Virus record (IMG/VR): IMGVR_UViG_3300007692_000014
Span: 1-26,263 of that record
Direction: 5' to 3' (one strand)
From: a virus
Lineage: Duplodnaviria; Caudoviricetes
DNA length: 26,263 bases
Shown here: piece after piece, positions 10,301 through 17,600 of the stretch
Layout of the letters: each line of letters opens with the position of its first letter
How positions within the stretch are numbered: position 1 is the first letter of the stretch
Position numbers and translations under genes: made by a program
The notes under the pieces: model-generated
Told to the model about the DNA's origin: nothing
Database searches by the model: none
Seen by the model: the letters and a program-made list of their open reading frames with translations, nothing else

Positions 10301-11310
10301 ATGTCATAACCACGCGCCTCAAGTTCGTCCATGATTCTGGCTGACATCTCCGCATTCATGGAGTTCATGCCAGCCAAATAGGCGCTTGTTCCCATGCCTC
10401 CGGTTACAGCTCCAAGGCCTCCCGCAATTACTAAGTCACTTGGCTCCAATGCGCCAACGTTTCCAGTCATTTGAACGGCAGACGTGGTAAGAACCTCAGT
10501 CAAGAATGTTACTGGATTGCTGGCGAGCATAGTAAAGAAATCAGAACCGCTCGTTCCCATCTTTGATGACAACAATTTCTCGCTTTCTTTCTTAAGCTCT
10601 TTATTTAAATAGGCAACACGCTCCATGTCTGGAACTGCGTCAGCTAAGTTGTTTGTTCTTTGAGCGCTAAGGACACCAACATTGTATGCCGTTAGTGTAT
10701 TATCCACGAAGTTGTTTACATCGCTAAGCGCTTGGCCTCTTGTTGAGTTTGGTGCCACAATCCTATTGACGACTTCTGCGCCAATTCCAAACACCATACC
10801 TAATTTGCTTTTCGTCTCCTCATCAACGGAAAGGTCGACTTGTCCAACTATGTCAGATATGGTTGGTTGATAGACTGGCTCAAAGCCAATAGACTGCATC
10901 TCTGTTGGAGCTTGATACCCAGCAGCTTCCGGAGCTGTCGTAACTGGCTGAGCCTGAACCGCTTTCGCGGCAGAGGCATCCATTGTCAATGGCTGACCCT
11001 CTACATATGAAGGGGCTTGATACTCATCCTTTTTTGAAATAGCCGAAGTAGGCGTCTCCATAGGAGAGGCCAATGGCTTTTGAGGAGAAGAAACCTCTGA
11101 GGGTTCTTCTTTTTTTTTTACTTCTTGAGCTGGGTACTTTACGTCGAACTCTTCGCGCGACTTCGTGTATAAACCATCTCTGGTTACGACGCCGAATAAT
11201 TTATCGCGATATTCAGGCTCTTGATACTTAACTACAAACTCATCAAATGATTTAGTGTAGTACCCCTTAGACGACAATACATCGTATAACTTTTTTAGCT
11301 CATCATTCAT
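1390..11310 (-). CDS. Large polyvalent protein / probable ejected internal virion protein (3306 aa)
   Basis: One uninterrupted ORF at the end of the structural module. It contains two HExxH metallopeptidase motifs, a GNAT signature, a class I SAM-methyltransferase signature and a long helical C-terminus with hydrophobic segments. Confidence 0.9.
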   Translation of the reverse strand: MNDELKKLYDVLSSKGYYTKSFDEFVVKYQEPEYRDKLFGVVTRDGLYTKSREEFDVKYPAQEVKKKEEPSEVSSPQKPLASPMETPTSAISKKDEYQAPSYVEGQPLTMDASAAKAVQAQPVTTAPEAAGYQAPTEMQSIGFEPVYQPTISDIVGQVDLSVDEETKSKLGMVFGIGAEVVNRIVAPNSTRGQALSDVNNFVDNTLTAYNVGVLSAQRTNNLADAVPDMERVAYLNKELKKESEKLLSSKMGTSGSDFFTMLASNPVTFLTEVLTTSAVQMTGNVGALEPSDLVIAGGLGAVTGGMGTSAYLAGMNSMNAEMSARIMDELEARGYDINDPKQLEAAFSDKQVMDEVYSKVDAPATVIGLLDALSAGIAGRLAKPIYEVGAQMATGMAGEAAAQVISEGGITNVAGILTEGIAELPGGLVETAFGAKTADIARKAEIKEQIRSVDAAIESEQDPDTKSVLQSLRDNLVREKNKIYSDYVEFVNGLPEDEVEKLNELNEEIVKNNKAIDAVEDPQIKDGLRKRRDALLKEIEQLEQQKPTEDAVQEQAAGEVPVQPEARPGEEVAEGAPQAEPEVTAEAGVEEVGPEVTAEERATIDALFLEAVKPLPNLLINEKGAVPVAGKAKVRRDVVIKAAKMGAQAIASILPNVNIVVHAASEEFVNAVGEDLRGYYDPSTSTIHINMDKAGLSTVAHEIFHAILLDKVKNNDEQAAAVARAMFNSVAKALPKGSSLRIEIEDFAKGYDANIQNEEKISELLGKMASEYRAISKPGRSSIMNFIVKIADSAGFNIGKFTKTDQDVVDLLNTLSVKIREGAEITQEDLAVLEEGGSINIGEPTTINKPKPKGRKRVSFPDKPLPLSFVTKADKIDLMALINEIAENNLKVWFWMADQLGRGEYYDVTSGIMHYLDAGPSFALDPENRKAGVLWASGLAKQTLERNAAEADYIFFISGSPEKAKLFNKNIISIIGTRIEGNGGFAAFKEEALATSKVGALNAILNSVNSVEELRESPKRKAFLNLILEQQSKKTPLVDVLKKYDAFFDPNEFRDSFYAENGFGMKDILLVGKPTGVGGKANHSTYHTEILGEVVGVPDIVLDSWTIMPEELKAKYNKALSNAQQMKTIAGDTGIVRRVETLEKKETDEDSLPVAELTDNQKAALDEFDAKKKPAVRKQKAVSNEEARESLKKKLQKIFPKDTDDALTPDELRVFFMDQNFEYFKGEGGMGSYEQTTKVLMDMASQEGVYLFPSFSLRGAFMFADLANGGETIDMNIMLSPGFLEGPDGMQGNYVDVQAIEALNPGDRGSGAGTRLMNRLVDSADNVGAKLRLEAFPTKRYQEDPVTKKKISQSVLRKTARRLVKFYQRFGFSPYGRTKYNDFQQMRREPLEPGGIVRKVAKPRGRAQILSEFQKASGTTQVSTTTGSYVKAATILKDLGIYGDVLDYGAGLGKGTDAMGGVMNKDVDSLEVNPERWKGKRPVTYTSAEQIDKKYDGIVSLNVLNVVPKDIRDFIVLDIFNSLKDGGIAVISTRGFKGDIDSAKKFELGPEPKSYIIKRAKDGKTVDVFQKGFDGNELVDYISELLKGKAVVKKDNSFGNKGVIIVKGEEMLKLTAQGRKQIIGENAVLSKQARENFLTATIMAATGKSGKQIFAATGWQKGVDDKWRYEIPDGKMIKSSFEFVEGKTVETDAGFMISPSKWTTKYKRLEDLYDSPELYEAYPKLKDFTINFDPAAAMSGSGAYYSPGKDSITINSSPNPESFLLLSYLTHEIQHAIQDIEGFAFGANEKIGERLAKLNKADVKERAIKLEIKKLKDFMMLSQSLSEMYDDLHRKVVDNQDWGSLHIADAFGLNESPKDFYKPERIYDLIKTIYSGTFKKITEDDDRSAKVLANKLYRSYADLSMTTQAAFDEWWKEEQQGIIKDEYPGPIYSDILFFADPLINELKRKEESLEPIAFYKRAAGEVEARNVQERLKKLSEVPVSERPMLFETEDVAAEDQIILFLRKDLKGIDLSEKKPVGRAQRLAEDYIQQSRDAKITDKVIRDFLTRNGFSDDQIAAAFDTIDNAEERLWKEVDGIIKKSNDRRVSRSKTIENVMNYVMGSAVYERATDVKREKLVRDVNKMFGKKQRSAPSVARLFATIKDVVSITVKEKDMLKKQILDQAKGAKDAIGAWRSASVELANVIDALKMSGKISATQAAVAIKKFSSVNVFNEKSVANYVDYMAKVFADADYAKRVNDARKMLPVAKKNVQKKIGISSQLAPALMRLFSIDPNMIPSAMFDSYLTLVEIFGQRAAVLSLPELTSAIDLSTKILDAIDEEYSKVEELNNRFIAYEYKVYGDNGKLDYAATIKQMIEDQTITQEEADLMRKYKSQILERPITEGLSEEEKQEQRDEAIDAINELDVDTERLPTRDERKLAKEIARLAKSDAVKGLTIEQLVNLYKVINNINNGYLPHYAELIKESMVSIENGALLSSAIAKSKPLPFSKAIGRVKSFMTKRGGIAEMIRRNPLAYIDQLFGDFNTKSIFNSVLKAAAEAQSAFESAFGDIQSRLDRSAEAIAKSFKYDGNRTLMSKYKIMTYLLELEYNSNPDNKQVHSAADYLAATIREIKKGKTPAEMGDIDMLQSILDSYADADGNINLEKLDQSFNEAEKKAIKTIQDINSSLTETSVFTAAIIRGDKITPVNNYVHHNVLYDFKSDSNEGMSLVDAYNTSMRPSTKAKSLIERTGKITPLNFDAFASAKRGAKFVLTDYHLTSPIRTARSTFIQAQKNLEEGGITKQQQEILNAIEYAFDEAVTNLLVNNYVENTFVEDAMKWIAKQGYRAMLAGVPRATSEFTSNLSFALFNDPKALSTGTSLFGIITSPDAVEVLNNVGSKQSARLFSGDTINGRFVDTSLLGQSSAVKTQAPKAKLINLLEQGWSRTGKKYKNLVELGADTLISTPDKIVMRPLWFGAFANEFKRITGLDVDFDKIAANDEAYMNEHAEAIEASKELADNRSIQAGASDNAFMGILKGSRKANQSGLATAYNQFNGFMQRFLIYEFAAARTGLYAAVGKGSLTRKQGVALMAAVTSRMVMYTMLSQILGSLLSKLIVGDDEDEEKTFLQSLMQSMMSAFSGLLLGRDFGNIIKAPINYAIEVVNEEYFDFLRKGEYNQYEDSLQFSLISRDKSRKQEFIDIVIGLSGPYSPAFKTAKFAYDKLTDGEKKQVDAIIRKKRALSQRLPLEILGHAGFVPFYKDVRRLLMDDMYKGMGKSKTKRSSMTDKEMKEMFPEMYEEMKSLEKEMDVNAEVKELQSMVKEMEASLE
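5260..6447 (-). other. Domain within giant ORF: LPD23-like domain with zincin metallopeptidase motif
   Basis: Motifs TGWQKGVDDKWRYEIPD, ELYEAYPKLKD, THEIQHAIQDIEGFAFG (HEIQH at 5986-6000) and YKRAAGEVEARNVQER. Confidence 0.8.
6469..7086 (-). other. Domain within giant ORF: class I SAM-dependent methyltransferase
   Basis: VLDYGAGLG (motif I), acidic residue after strand 2 (DSLEVNP), YDGIVSLNVLNVV, and LKDGGIAVISTR. Confidence 0.85.
7108..7773 (-). other. Domain within giant ORF: GNAT-family acetyltransferase
   Basis: Acetyl-CoA-binding loop RGSGAGTRLMNRL, followed by LRLEAFP and RLVKFYQRFGF. Confidence 0.8.
8860..9400 (-). other. Domain within giant ORF: zincin-like metallopeptidase (MPTase type); boundaries approximate
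   Basis: RGYYDP...TIHIN...TVAHEIFHAIL (HEIFH at 9196-9210), with a downstream NEEKISELLG providing a candidate third ligand. Confidence 0.75.
9534..9662 (-). CDS. Nested +1-frame ORF, 42-aa basic protein (MPFKSKQQVKFLFSQKPALAKKWRKEHPKQNLKSLPKRVSKK)
   Basis: ATG at 9662 and TAG at 9536-9534, preceded by an A-rich leader (ACAACAAAAACCAACAGAAG-ATG). The host frame is low-complexity and acidic over the same span. Confidence 0.6.
   Translation of the reverse strand: MPFKSKQQVKFLFSQKPALAKKWRKEHPKQNLKSLPKRVSKK
11134..11298 (-). repeat. Two tandem 30-aa-period repeats at the N-terminus of the giant protein
   Basis: KLYDVLSSKGYYTKSFDEFVVKY versus KLFGVVTRDGLYTKSREEFDVKY. Confidence 0.85.
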
Positions 11311-11314
11311 GAGA

Positions 11315-11322
11315 CAAATTTA
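11315..11322 (-). promoter_or_regulatory. Bacteroidota-type -7 promoter box (TAAATTTG)
   Basis: Matches TAnnTTTG in an AT-rich intergenic gap, 4 nt upstream of the giant gene ATG. Confidence 0.6.
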
Positions 11323-11343
11323 ATCAATTTATTTCTAGAACTA

Positions 11344-13071
11344 TTAGTCTAGTTCGCCAGTTCCAGAAAGTCCACCGGTCGCATATAGCTGAGCAAGATT
11401 CTCTGGAGACGTGTTTGCCGTAATGAAATCAGATATTGCCTTTTGATTTAGAGTGCCGTCCTTTTCGCTGTCAACGCTTATTGTCAGAGTGGCACCAGCC
11501 TCCCCGTCCTTTTCAGGAGCCGTGATGACAACCTCATCGTTAAACCATTTTGTGTCAAACGTAAATCCAAGACCAGCGAATGAAGCCTCAAGCAACTGTC
11601 TAACTTTACCTTCGTCGTCGCCCTTTAAATCATCAACACTTGGCAGATTGCTTGCGACATATTTTGGCAACTCAGTAAATGCACTGACTCTAGTTCGTGA
11701 TGCTCCAGTTCCCTGAAGCGCCTCCTGAGCAAACTTTTGATTTGGATTAGATACGCCAGCGGCAGACAGTGCACGATTTACATCATCAACTCCATGGATC
11801 TCGTTGCCCATTTCGGCCCACTGCTGTGCGGTTACATCTTCTGCGTTAAACGTGCGAGAGCCAGCTCTCATTGTTCCGCTTCCATCATACTTAAGAGTAA
11901 TGGTCTTACCCGATGGGATAATCGCAGAAAGCCCAGCCTCTTTTGCGGCTTCTGTTCCTAGTAATTGGTTTGCTGCACTGGTCTGAGCTTCTTTAGTTGC
12001 ACCAAAGGCAAGGTTATGCCATCTTCCAACATTTGTTTGCTGCTCTTTTCTCTCTTGACCAGCAGCATACTGCCACTGTTGTTGTTGTTGTGGTTGACGT
12101 GGCGTCTCAATGCTCTTGAGTTGAACACGCAACTGAGCGCGCAATGCTTCGCGCGCAACTTCCTTTTGCTTGTCCGTGAGCTGTGGCTGGAGTAATCCAT
12201 TGGCATCCTGCTTAAGCAGGATCTTATTAGGGTCCTCCTGCGCCTCGGCCCAGTTTTGAGTAAAGCTATAGCCCCCGACATAATCAGCCAAGACGCTTGC
12301 GGCAGCACGACTAGATGCCATCATTGATGAAACAATATCATCCTCTGCTTTCATGTACTCAGGTCGCTGCATAACGTCGGTGAGACTCATAACCCCTCCA
12401 CTCATAATAGAGCGTGTCACGTCGCCGAGCGCCTTTACGCGTTTGTTTGTTTCTCCAACAACATCATAGCGGTTGACCTTATCCTTGCGCCTTGCGGTCA
12501 TATAACTGATAGGCATAAGCTTGGACGGATCCTTAATGACATTGCCCTGAGCGTCTCGTGTAGCAATGTACATTCGGCCGTCAACGGGATTAACGTATAC
12601 GGCCTTGTCCTTGGTGATGCCAAATGAGTCAAGTAATTCGTTTTGATAAATCTCTTGCTCTCCTGCTGTGCCGTCCTCAAGTCGCTTTGTCATCTCCTCC
12701 CAGTCGGTAGCAAATGAAGTAGCAGCCGACTGCATCTGGCCTAGGTCGTCCATGATGTTCTGGCGTTGCTTGAGGTATTCGTTAGGGTTTAGGCGCCCGG
12801 CCTTCATCTCTCGGTACGCCAAGCCCAATGCTTCTTTCACATTATTGGCGGCGTCCATGTAAAACTCGGAAGACACCTGAGGCTGACCAACCGACAATTC
12901 ATTAATGGCCGTTACCGACTCATTGGTTACGCGATCAATTTCATCCTTCTTGGCTTGACGCTCCTTATTAATTCGAGTCAGGTCGTCAGATACGGTCTTG
13001 CCAATAGAGCCCCAATCCACATATGAATTAAGGTCTACGCGCTCTTCGTATTTATAAAATGTCTTAGCCAT
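11344..13071 (-). CDS. Putative internal virion / ejection protein (575 aa)
   Basis: Long ORF with a helical N-terminal half, located between the tail genes and the giant protein as in podoviral ejection-protein clusters. Function is inferred from position only. Confidence 0.6.
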   Translation of the reverse strand: MAKTFYKYEERVDLNSYVDWGSIGKTVSDDLTRINKERQAKKDEIDRVTNESVTAINELSVGQPQVSSEFYMDAANNVKEALGLAYREMKAGRLNPNEYLKQRQNIMDDLGQMQSAATSFATDWEEMTKRLEDGTAGEQEIYQNELLDSFGITKDKAVYVNPVDGRMYIATRDAQGNVIKDPSKLMPISYMTARRKDKVNRYDVVGETNKRVKALGDVTRSIMSGGVMSLTDVMQRPEYMKAEDDIVSSMMASSRAAASVLADYVGGYSFTQNWAEAQEDPNKILLKQDANGLLQPQLTDKQKEVAREALRAQLRVQLKSIETPRQPQQQQQWQYAAGQERKEQQTNVGRWHNLAFGATKEAQTSAANQLLGTEAAKEAGLSAIIPSGKTITLKYDGSGTMRAGSRTFNAEDVTAQQWAEMGNEIHGVDDVNRALSAAGVSNPNQKFAQEALQGTGASRTRVSAFTELPKYVASNLPSVDDLKGDDEGKVRQLLEASFAGLGFTFDTKWFNDEVVITAPEKDGEAGATLTISVDSEKDGTLNQKAISDFITANTSPENLAQLYATGGLSGTGELD

Positions 13072-13807
13072 TAACTGGTGGAATTAACGAAGAGAAATAA
13101 TCAGATGATCCAAGGTCAAATGTGGGGCGAGTTGGCCTTAACAATTGCTGCTCTCGCAGCTCCTGCTGCTGCTTCATAGACTCAAGAAAATCCGCATACT
13201 GCTGCTGTTCTGTTTTCAGCGATGAAAGTTGCTCCTTCATTTTCTCTGGAGTCTTTCCTAGATTATAAAGATCAGACGCCTCAAAGCCCTTGGTAATGGA
13301 ACGACCAATGCCCTTGGCCATATCGGCGGTAGCCTTGTCCATGGCTAACTGCGCAGCTCCTGCTGCCGCCTGAGCTCCTTCCGCCTCCCGAAGGTCGATG
13401 CCAGCGAGTGCGCCAAGACGGCGCGCCTCATCCTGTGCGACCATCACGTCGCGCTTGTATAGGTCTTGAGCCATCGCCTCACGCTCCTGCTGTAGGTATT
13501 GAGATCCAACAGCGCCAACGCGACCAACGCCACCAAGAAGGCCCCGCATTCCAGATTCAGCCAATGCCTCTGTAGCCTGCTTCTGTTGAGCTGTGAACTC
13601 ACGCATTGCTGTTTCGTATGCCTCAAGGGGGACCTGAAGTTCCTCGAGAGGAGCCTGCTCAATCTTACCCTTAGCAGCTTCAATGGCCTTAGCGGCAGAA
13701 GCCTCAGCCTCTTTCATTAATCTTTTCTGCTTTGCTCGTTCGGCATAGCTGAATCCGACGCCGATAAGCTCTGGGGCTACAGCCAATAATACTGGAATGG
13801 GTATCAT
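13064..13807 (-). CDS. Putative ejection / DNA-transfer protein (247 aa)
   Basis: Hydrophobic N-terminus, Ala/Gly/Gln-rich helical composition and an 8-nt overlap with the downstream gene. Confidence 0.6.
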   Translation of the reverse strand: MIPIPVLLAVAPELIGVGFSYAERAKQKRLMKEAEASAAKAIEAAKGKIEQAPLEELQVPLEAYETAMREFTAQQKQATEALAESGMRGLLGGVGRVGAVGSQYLQQEREAMAQDLYKRDVMVAQDEARRLGALAGIDLREAEGAQAAAGAAQLAMDKATADMAKGIGRSITKGFEASDLYNLGKTPEKMKEQLSSLKTEQQQYADFLESMKQQQELREQQLLRPTRPTFDLGSSDYFSSLIPPVNG

Positions 13808-13814
13808 GTGTACT

Positions 13815-13828
13815 TGTTATTAATAACA
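13815..13828. repeat. Perfect 14-bp palindrome TGTTATTAATAACA
   Basis: Self-complementary; lies between the promoter box (13842-13849) and the ATG (13807). Confidence 0.7.
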
Positions 13829-13841
13829 GAACGAGTTATTG

Positions 13842-13849
13842 CAAAGGTA
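13842..13849 (-). promoter_or_regulatory. Bacteroidota-type -7 promoter box (TACCTTTG)
   Basis: TAnnTTTG match in the intergenic gap upstream of the ejection-protein cluster. Confidence 0.65.
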
Positions 13850-13856
13850 ACCAAAA

Positions 13857-14600
13857 TCATGGATAGGATTTAAAGATACTAGACATAACGCTAAATAACT
13901 CAACGGGCTGCGTATTATTATTAGTAAGAGTGAACTCACAGTAATAACCTCGAACCCCGTGTGATTCTGCTTGTTGATTTTTAGCATAAAGAATAAAGTC
14001 TCCCGGAGAGGGGACGGGCCCAGCAGTGGCATCAACGGTGATGACCTTTCTGTTTGTTGAAATAGCAGTGACGTTCCCAACCTGCAAAGGAGTAGAACCA
14101 AAATATACGGTATCTCCGATGCTTATAATGCTATCTATTTTAATTGAAAAGCCAAGTTCGTATATGGTTCCGCCTGTGTTTACAACGGTAAGAACGCTTC
14201 CAATGCCATTAACTGAGCGCATTAAAAAGTTAATTGGAGACTCTTCGGATCTAATGAATGAGAAATACGTTCCCTCCTTCAGCTCGAACCAAGCCTCATC
14301 AATGTACCCGTTTTGCAAGTCGGTAAGGGCAGTTGCATCCCAAGGCGCATCAGACTCAAGGGCCAGCGTCTTAAACAACTTAACCTCCGTTGGCGCTGCA
14401 TTGAATACTGACGTTACGGTAGACGGGTAGTTTACGCCATAAAAATTATTGCGCGTGTTGTTTGTGTTGTGTCGGTATAGATTGCCCCCCTTAAAAGTGT
14501 ACAGGTAGTTATTCATCCCCATTATGTAATCGGGAATGTATGAATAAAAAGATGGGAATCCTTTTACTGCTTCGCTGTATGTAATGGTTACATCGCTCAT
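13857..14600 (-). CDS. Tail structural protein resembling the C-terminal part of a stabilisation/muzzle protein (247 aa)
   Basis: Motifs TITYSE..KGFPSFYSYIPD, YTFKGG.LY.HN, KLFKTL.LES, KEG.YF..I and GVRGYY. Beta-rich; ATGA-coupled to the upstream gene. Confidence 0.7.
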   Translation of the reverse strand: MSDVTITYSEAVKGFPSFYSYIPDYIMGMNNYLYTFKGGNLYRHNTNNTRNNFYGVNYPSTVTSVFNAAPTEVKLFKTLALESDAPWDATALTDLQNGYIDEAWFELKEGTYFSFIRSEESPINFLMRSVNGIGSVLTVVNTGGTIYELGFSIKIDSIISIGDTVYFGSTPLQVGNVTAISTNRKVITVDATAGPVPSPGDFILYAKNQQAESHGVRGYYCEFTLTNNNTQPVELFSVMSSIFKSYP

Positions 14601-17600
14601 GATACGCAGGTCATGTCAAGTTCATATTGCGTGGGCCCACCCACTATAATGGTAACGTATGCCTGAGTGGGATACTCTGCTGCCTTTGGCACAACAAGGC
14701 TTCCCGAAGACGTCACAAAGCCACTTGAGTATACGACGCCATTGTACATCACTTGAAAGACCATGGGGTCAGCGATAAGCCCGACAGTCCATATCAATGA
14801 GAAGGTTCCCGTTGCGGTGCCAAGCTCGAGCGTGAACTCGCGAGTGTCTGAAGTGTCTGCATCAATGTGGCTTCCGCATGGAATGACAATCTCAGGCATC
14901 TCTACTAGGGCATCTTTCATCGACAAGACGTATTCGTCCATGTATGGGTCATACCCCCCGAGCTTCTGCCCATCAAATGATTCAACAAACTTATCTCGGA
15001 ACCAAGAGCGAAGACCATAGCTTGAGACAACCTCCAGCTGTTCGCCTCCGGCAGACCCTCCAGTAAGTTTGATTACAGCCCCCCGCTTGGCGTCAGTGAA
15101 GAATCGATCAAAGCCATGGGCAACAAAGCTCTCTGGGTTCATGCTAATTCCATACTCCTCAACTCGAGCAATTTGCTTGCCGAGAACTTCGGGCACGGAA
15201 GTAATGGCGCCTCCACCAGCAGCATCAGACAACAGGTTTTTTCCAGCAAGTACATATGAAATCTTGTCCTCCTGAAGGACAAGGATGTCGGTCTCTCTTG
15301 CGTGCATCTTTTGAATGGATCCAAATACGATCTCCATGTCGGCAAAGTTTGCGAGGGCAAGGTTGAACTCATTTAACTTGTTGATGTTTGTAGACCTATT
15401 GTATACACCGCTATAGGTTATGCTTGCCTCATTGCGCGTCTGGCGATACGCCTCTTCGGAGATGCCATTAAATCTATTGCCAAGGGTAAGATAGTTCCCA
15501 GTGATAGAGTCCATTATTTTGTATCCCTCCGAGCCGTTTCCAAACGTATAGCAGTTAAAGAAGTCTAGATTAATAATGGCCGGATTGACGGCTGATTGAT
15601 TTAATACATTTCCATAATGATATCGGTTAACGATGGCATAGCTGTCAGCGCTTTCAAAAAACAAATTTTCGACAGCGTCGGCGGGAATAGTTTCAAAAAC
15701 AAGATACTCAGTAGACCCTCCAGTAATAGAAAAATTATCTGGAGACATCTTAGCATATAATCCGGCTGGCGCTCCAGAAATAAAGCTTGCGGGTTGCGAC
15801 TGAATGTCAAGGGCCTCAACCTCAACCACGTTATTCATCGGACCAAACGAGTCCGTCTTTACGATCAGGGTATCGCCAACAGAAAACTTTGTTTGGTTCT
15901 GGCCTTCGAGCTTGAACCAGTACCCAAGATCCACAGAGTTGTAAATGTCCGTGGCTTTTACGTAAACAGTGTTATACCCAGCAATAGATGGCTTCATTAC
16001 AAACTTATAACGAGAGGCCCAAGGGGGCGCCAAGCTATTAAATCTAACTTGAGCAAAATTTCTTGACTCTGAAACGCTTATGGGGAAAAACACCGTATTG
16101 TTCTCAGACGTTAAGACCGTTGTGTTGCGACCGTATTTATCCATATACACAACCCCAATCTCATAGTCGGCATTGCTGTGAAGACTGCGATTGTAGTTCC
16201 TTTTAATGTATCCAACAGAAACATTATCGACCTGAAAATAAAAATACAAGAACTCAAGGGGATCATCACTTCGCTGGTACGCCATTGCGGGCACCTGAAT
16301 GTTAATGATGTTACTTCCCGGGGACGAGAACGTGCCAAAGGGCGAAGGGATTGCGGTGATGCCGTATCCGTATTTAGCCCAAGAAGCGTCTGGAGCGATG
16401 GTCGGATCCGCCGGGGTATTGGCAGAACATGCGAAGTTATCAGTAAGCGTTACGCCCTCACACGCCGTGGCAATTGGCTGAATGTTTCCTATTGTGCCAA
16501 TGGCATCTTGAAACACCGAACTATTAAAAAGGTCATATGCCGTGGCATAGCTGGCGTCAAGAACAAATGTTACAGAAGCCGGAAACTTACTTATCTGCTG
16601 CCCTCCGTATGGAGATGTAGACTGATTAATATAATACTTTAGCTCTAGGTCTATAGTGACAACATCCCCCTGCTGTAGTGTAACAGCACCAAAGTCTAAA
16701 TTAATTGCAGAATCTACGTATGGCAAAACCGGCGCTCCTATGCCGGATATGTTATAGCTTGCTGTGCCGTTGACAATTTCAACCTCTAATTGCTCTAGGT
16801 ATGCGCTTTCGCTGATTGGAATTGCCGTGTAATCAATAAGAATGGGGTCTCCATTTGTCTCAGTGACATCATAACCCTCAACATAGTTTCCGTAAAAGAT
16901 GCGGTTACCCATCTCCGTTTGAGCCTTGGCCTTTAGTGGCACGTTATCAAACAAACGAAGCAGCTCGCTCTGCGGTAGCGTTGAGTAAATCTTACTGTTG
17001 GAAAACTCAATCGTCTGCGTGGTGTTGTCTGCCCACCCCTGTTCCTCCTTGGAGAACTTCTGAATGACGTTGATGACGTTTGAATTTATTTGCTTAAAGC
17101 AAAGATCAATTCCGACAACTTCATCTCCGCCCGTGTAGAACGACACATCCACACCGTTGAATAGGTTCGTCATGCCATCGTTAGCAAACGACTGTTCATT
17201 GACATTGAACGGAGATGGGCAAAATGCAGCAGAAGAGAACTGAGATAGTGCGCTATACTGCCCGTCTAAGTATTTATATCGGTACGCAAAACAAATAAAG
17301 CGAGTATCTAAGTAATTCTCCCGTCCGGCTACAATCTTAAACTGAATGTCTGGAGATTGGATTGGGGGAGTTAGGATAACGCTAATGTCAACCTCAGTAA
17401 TCTGATCGACCCCAGCAATGGGTGCTGGATACTTGCGAGTGATATTAATCTTTCGCGGAGGGTTGAGGTTGTCCGTCCAGAACAACATGTCATCAATCAA
17501 ATTAACTCCAGTAATTAAATACTCTGGGTTGAAATTAAGTACAGATGTAGACACCACATGATAAGAAAGGGCATTGATGTTTGTGTTATATGACACAACC

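Noticed and set aside
12077-12095. Short (CAA)n run encoding QPQQQQQ
   Set aside because: A short in-frame trinucleotide run in a linker, with no sign of a phase-variation role.
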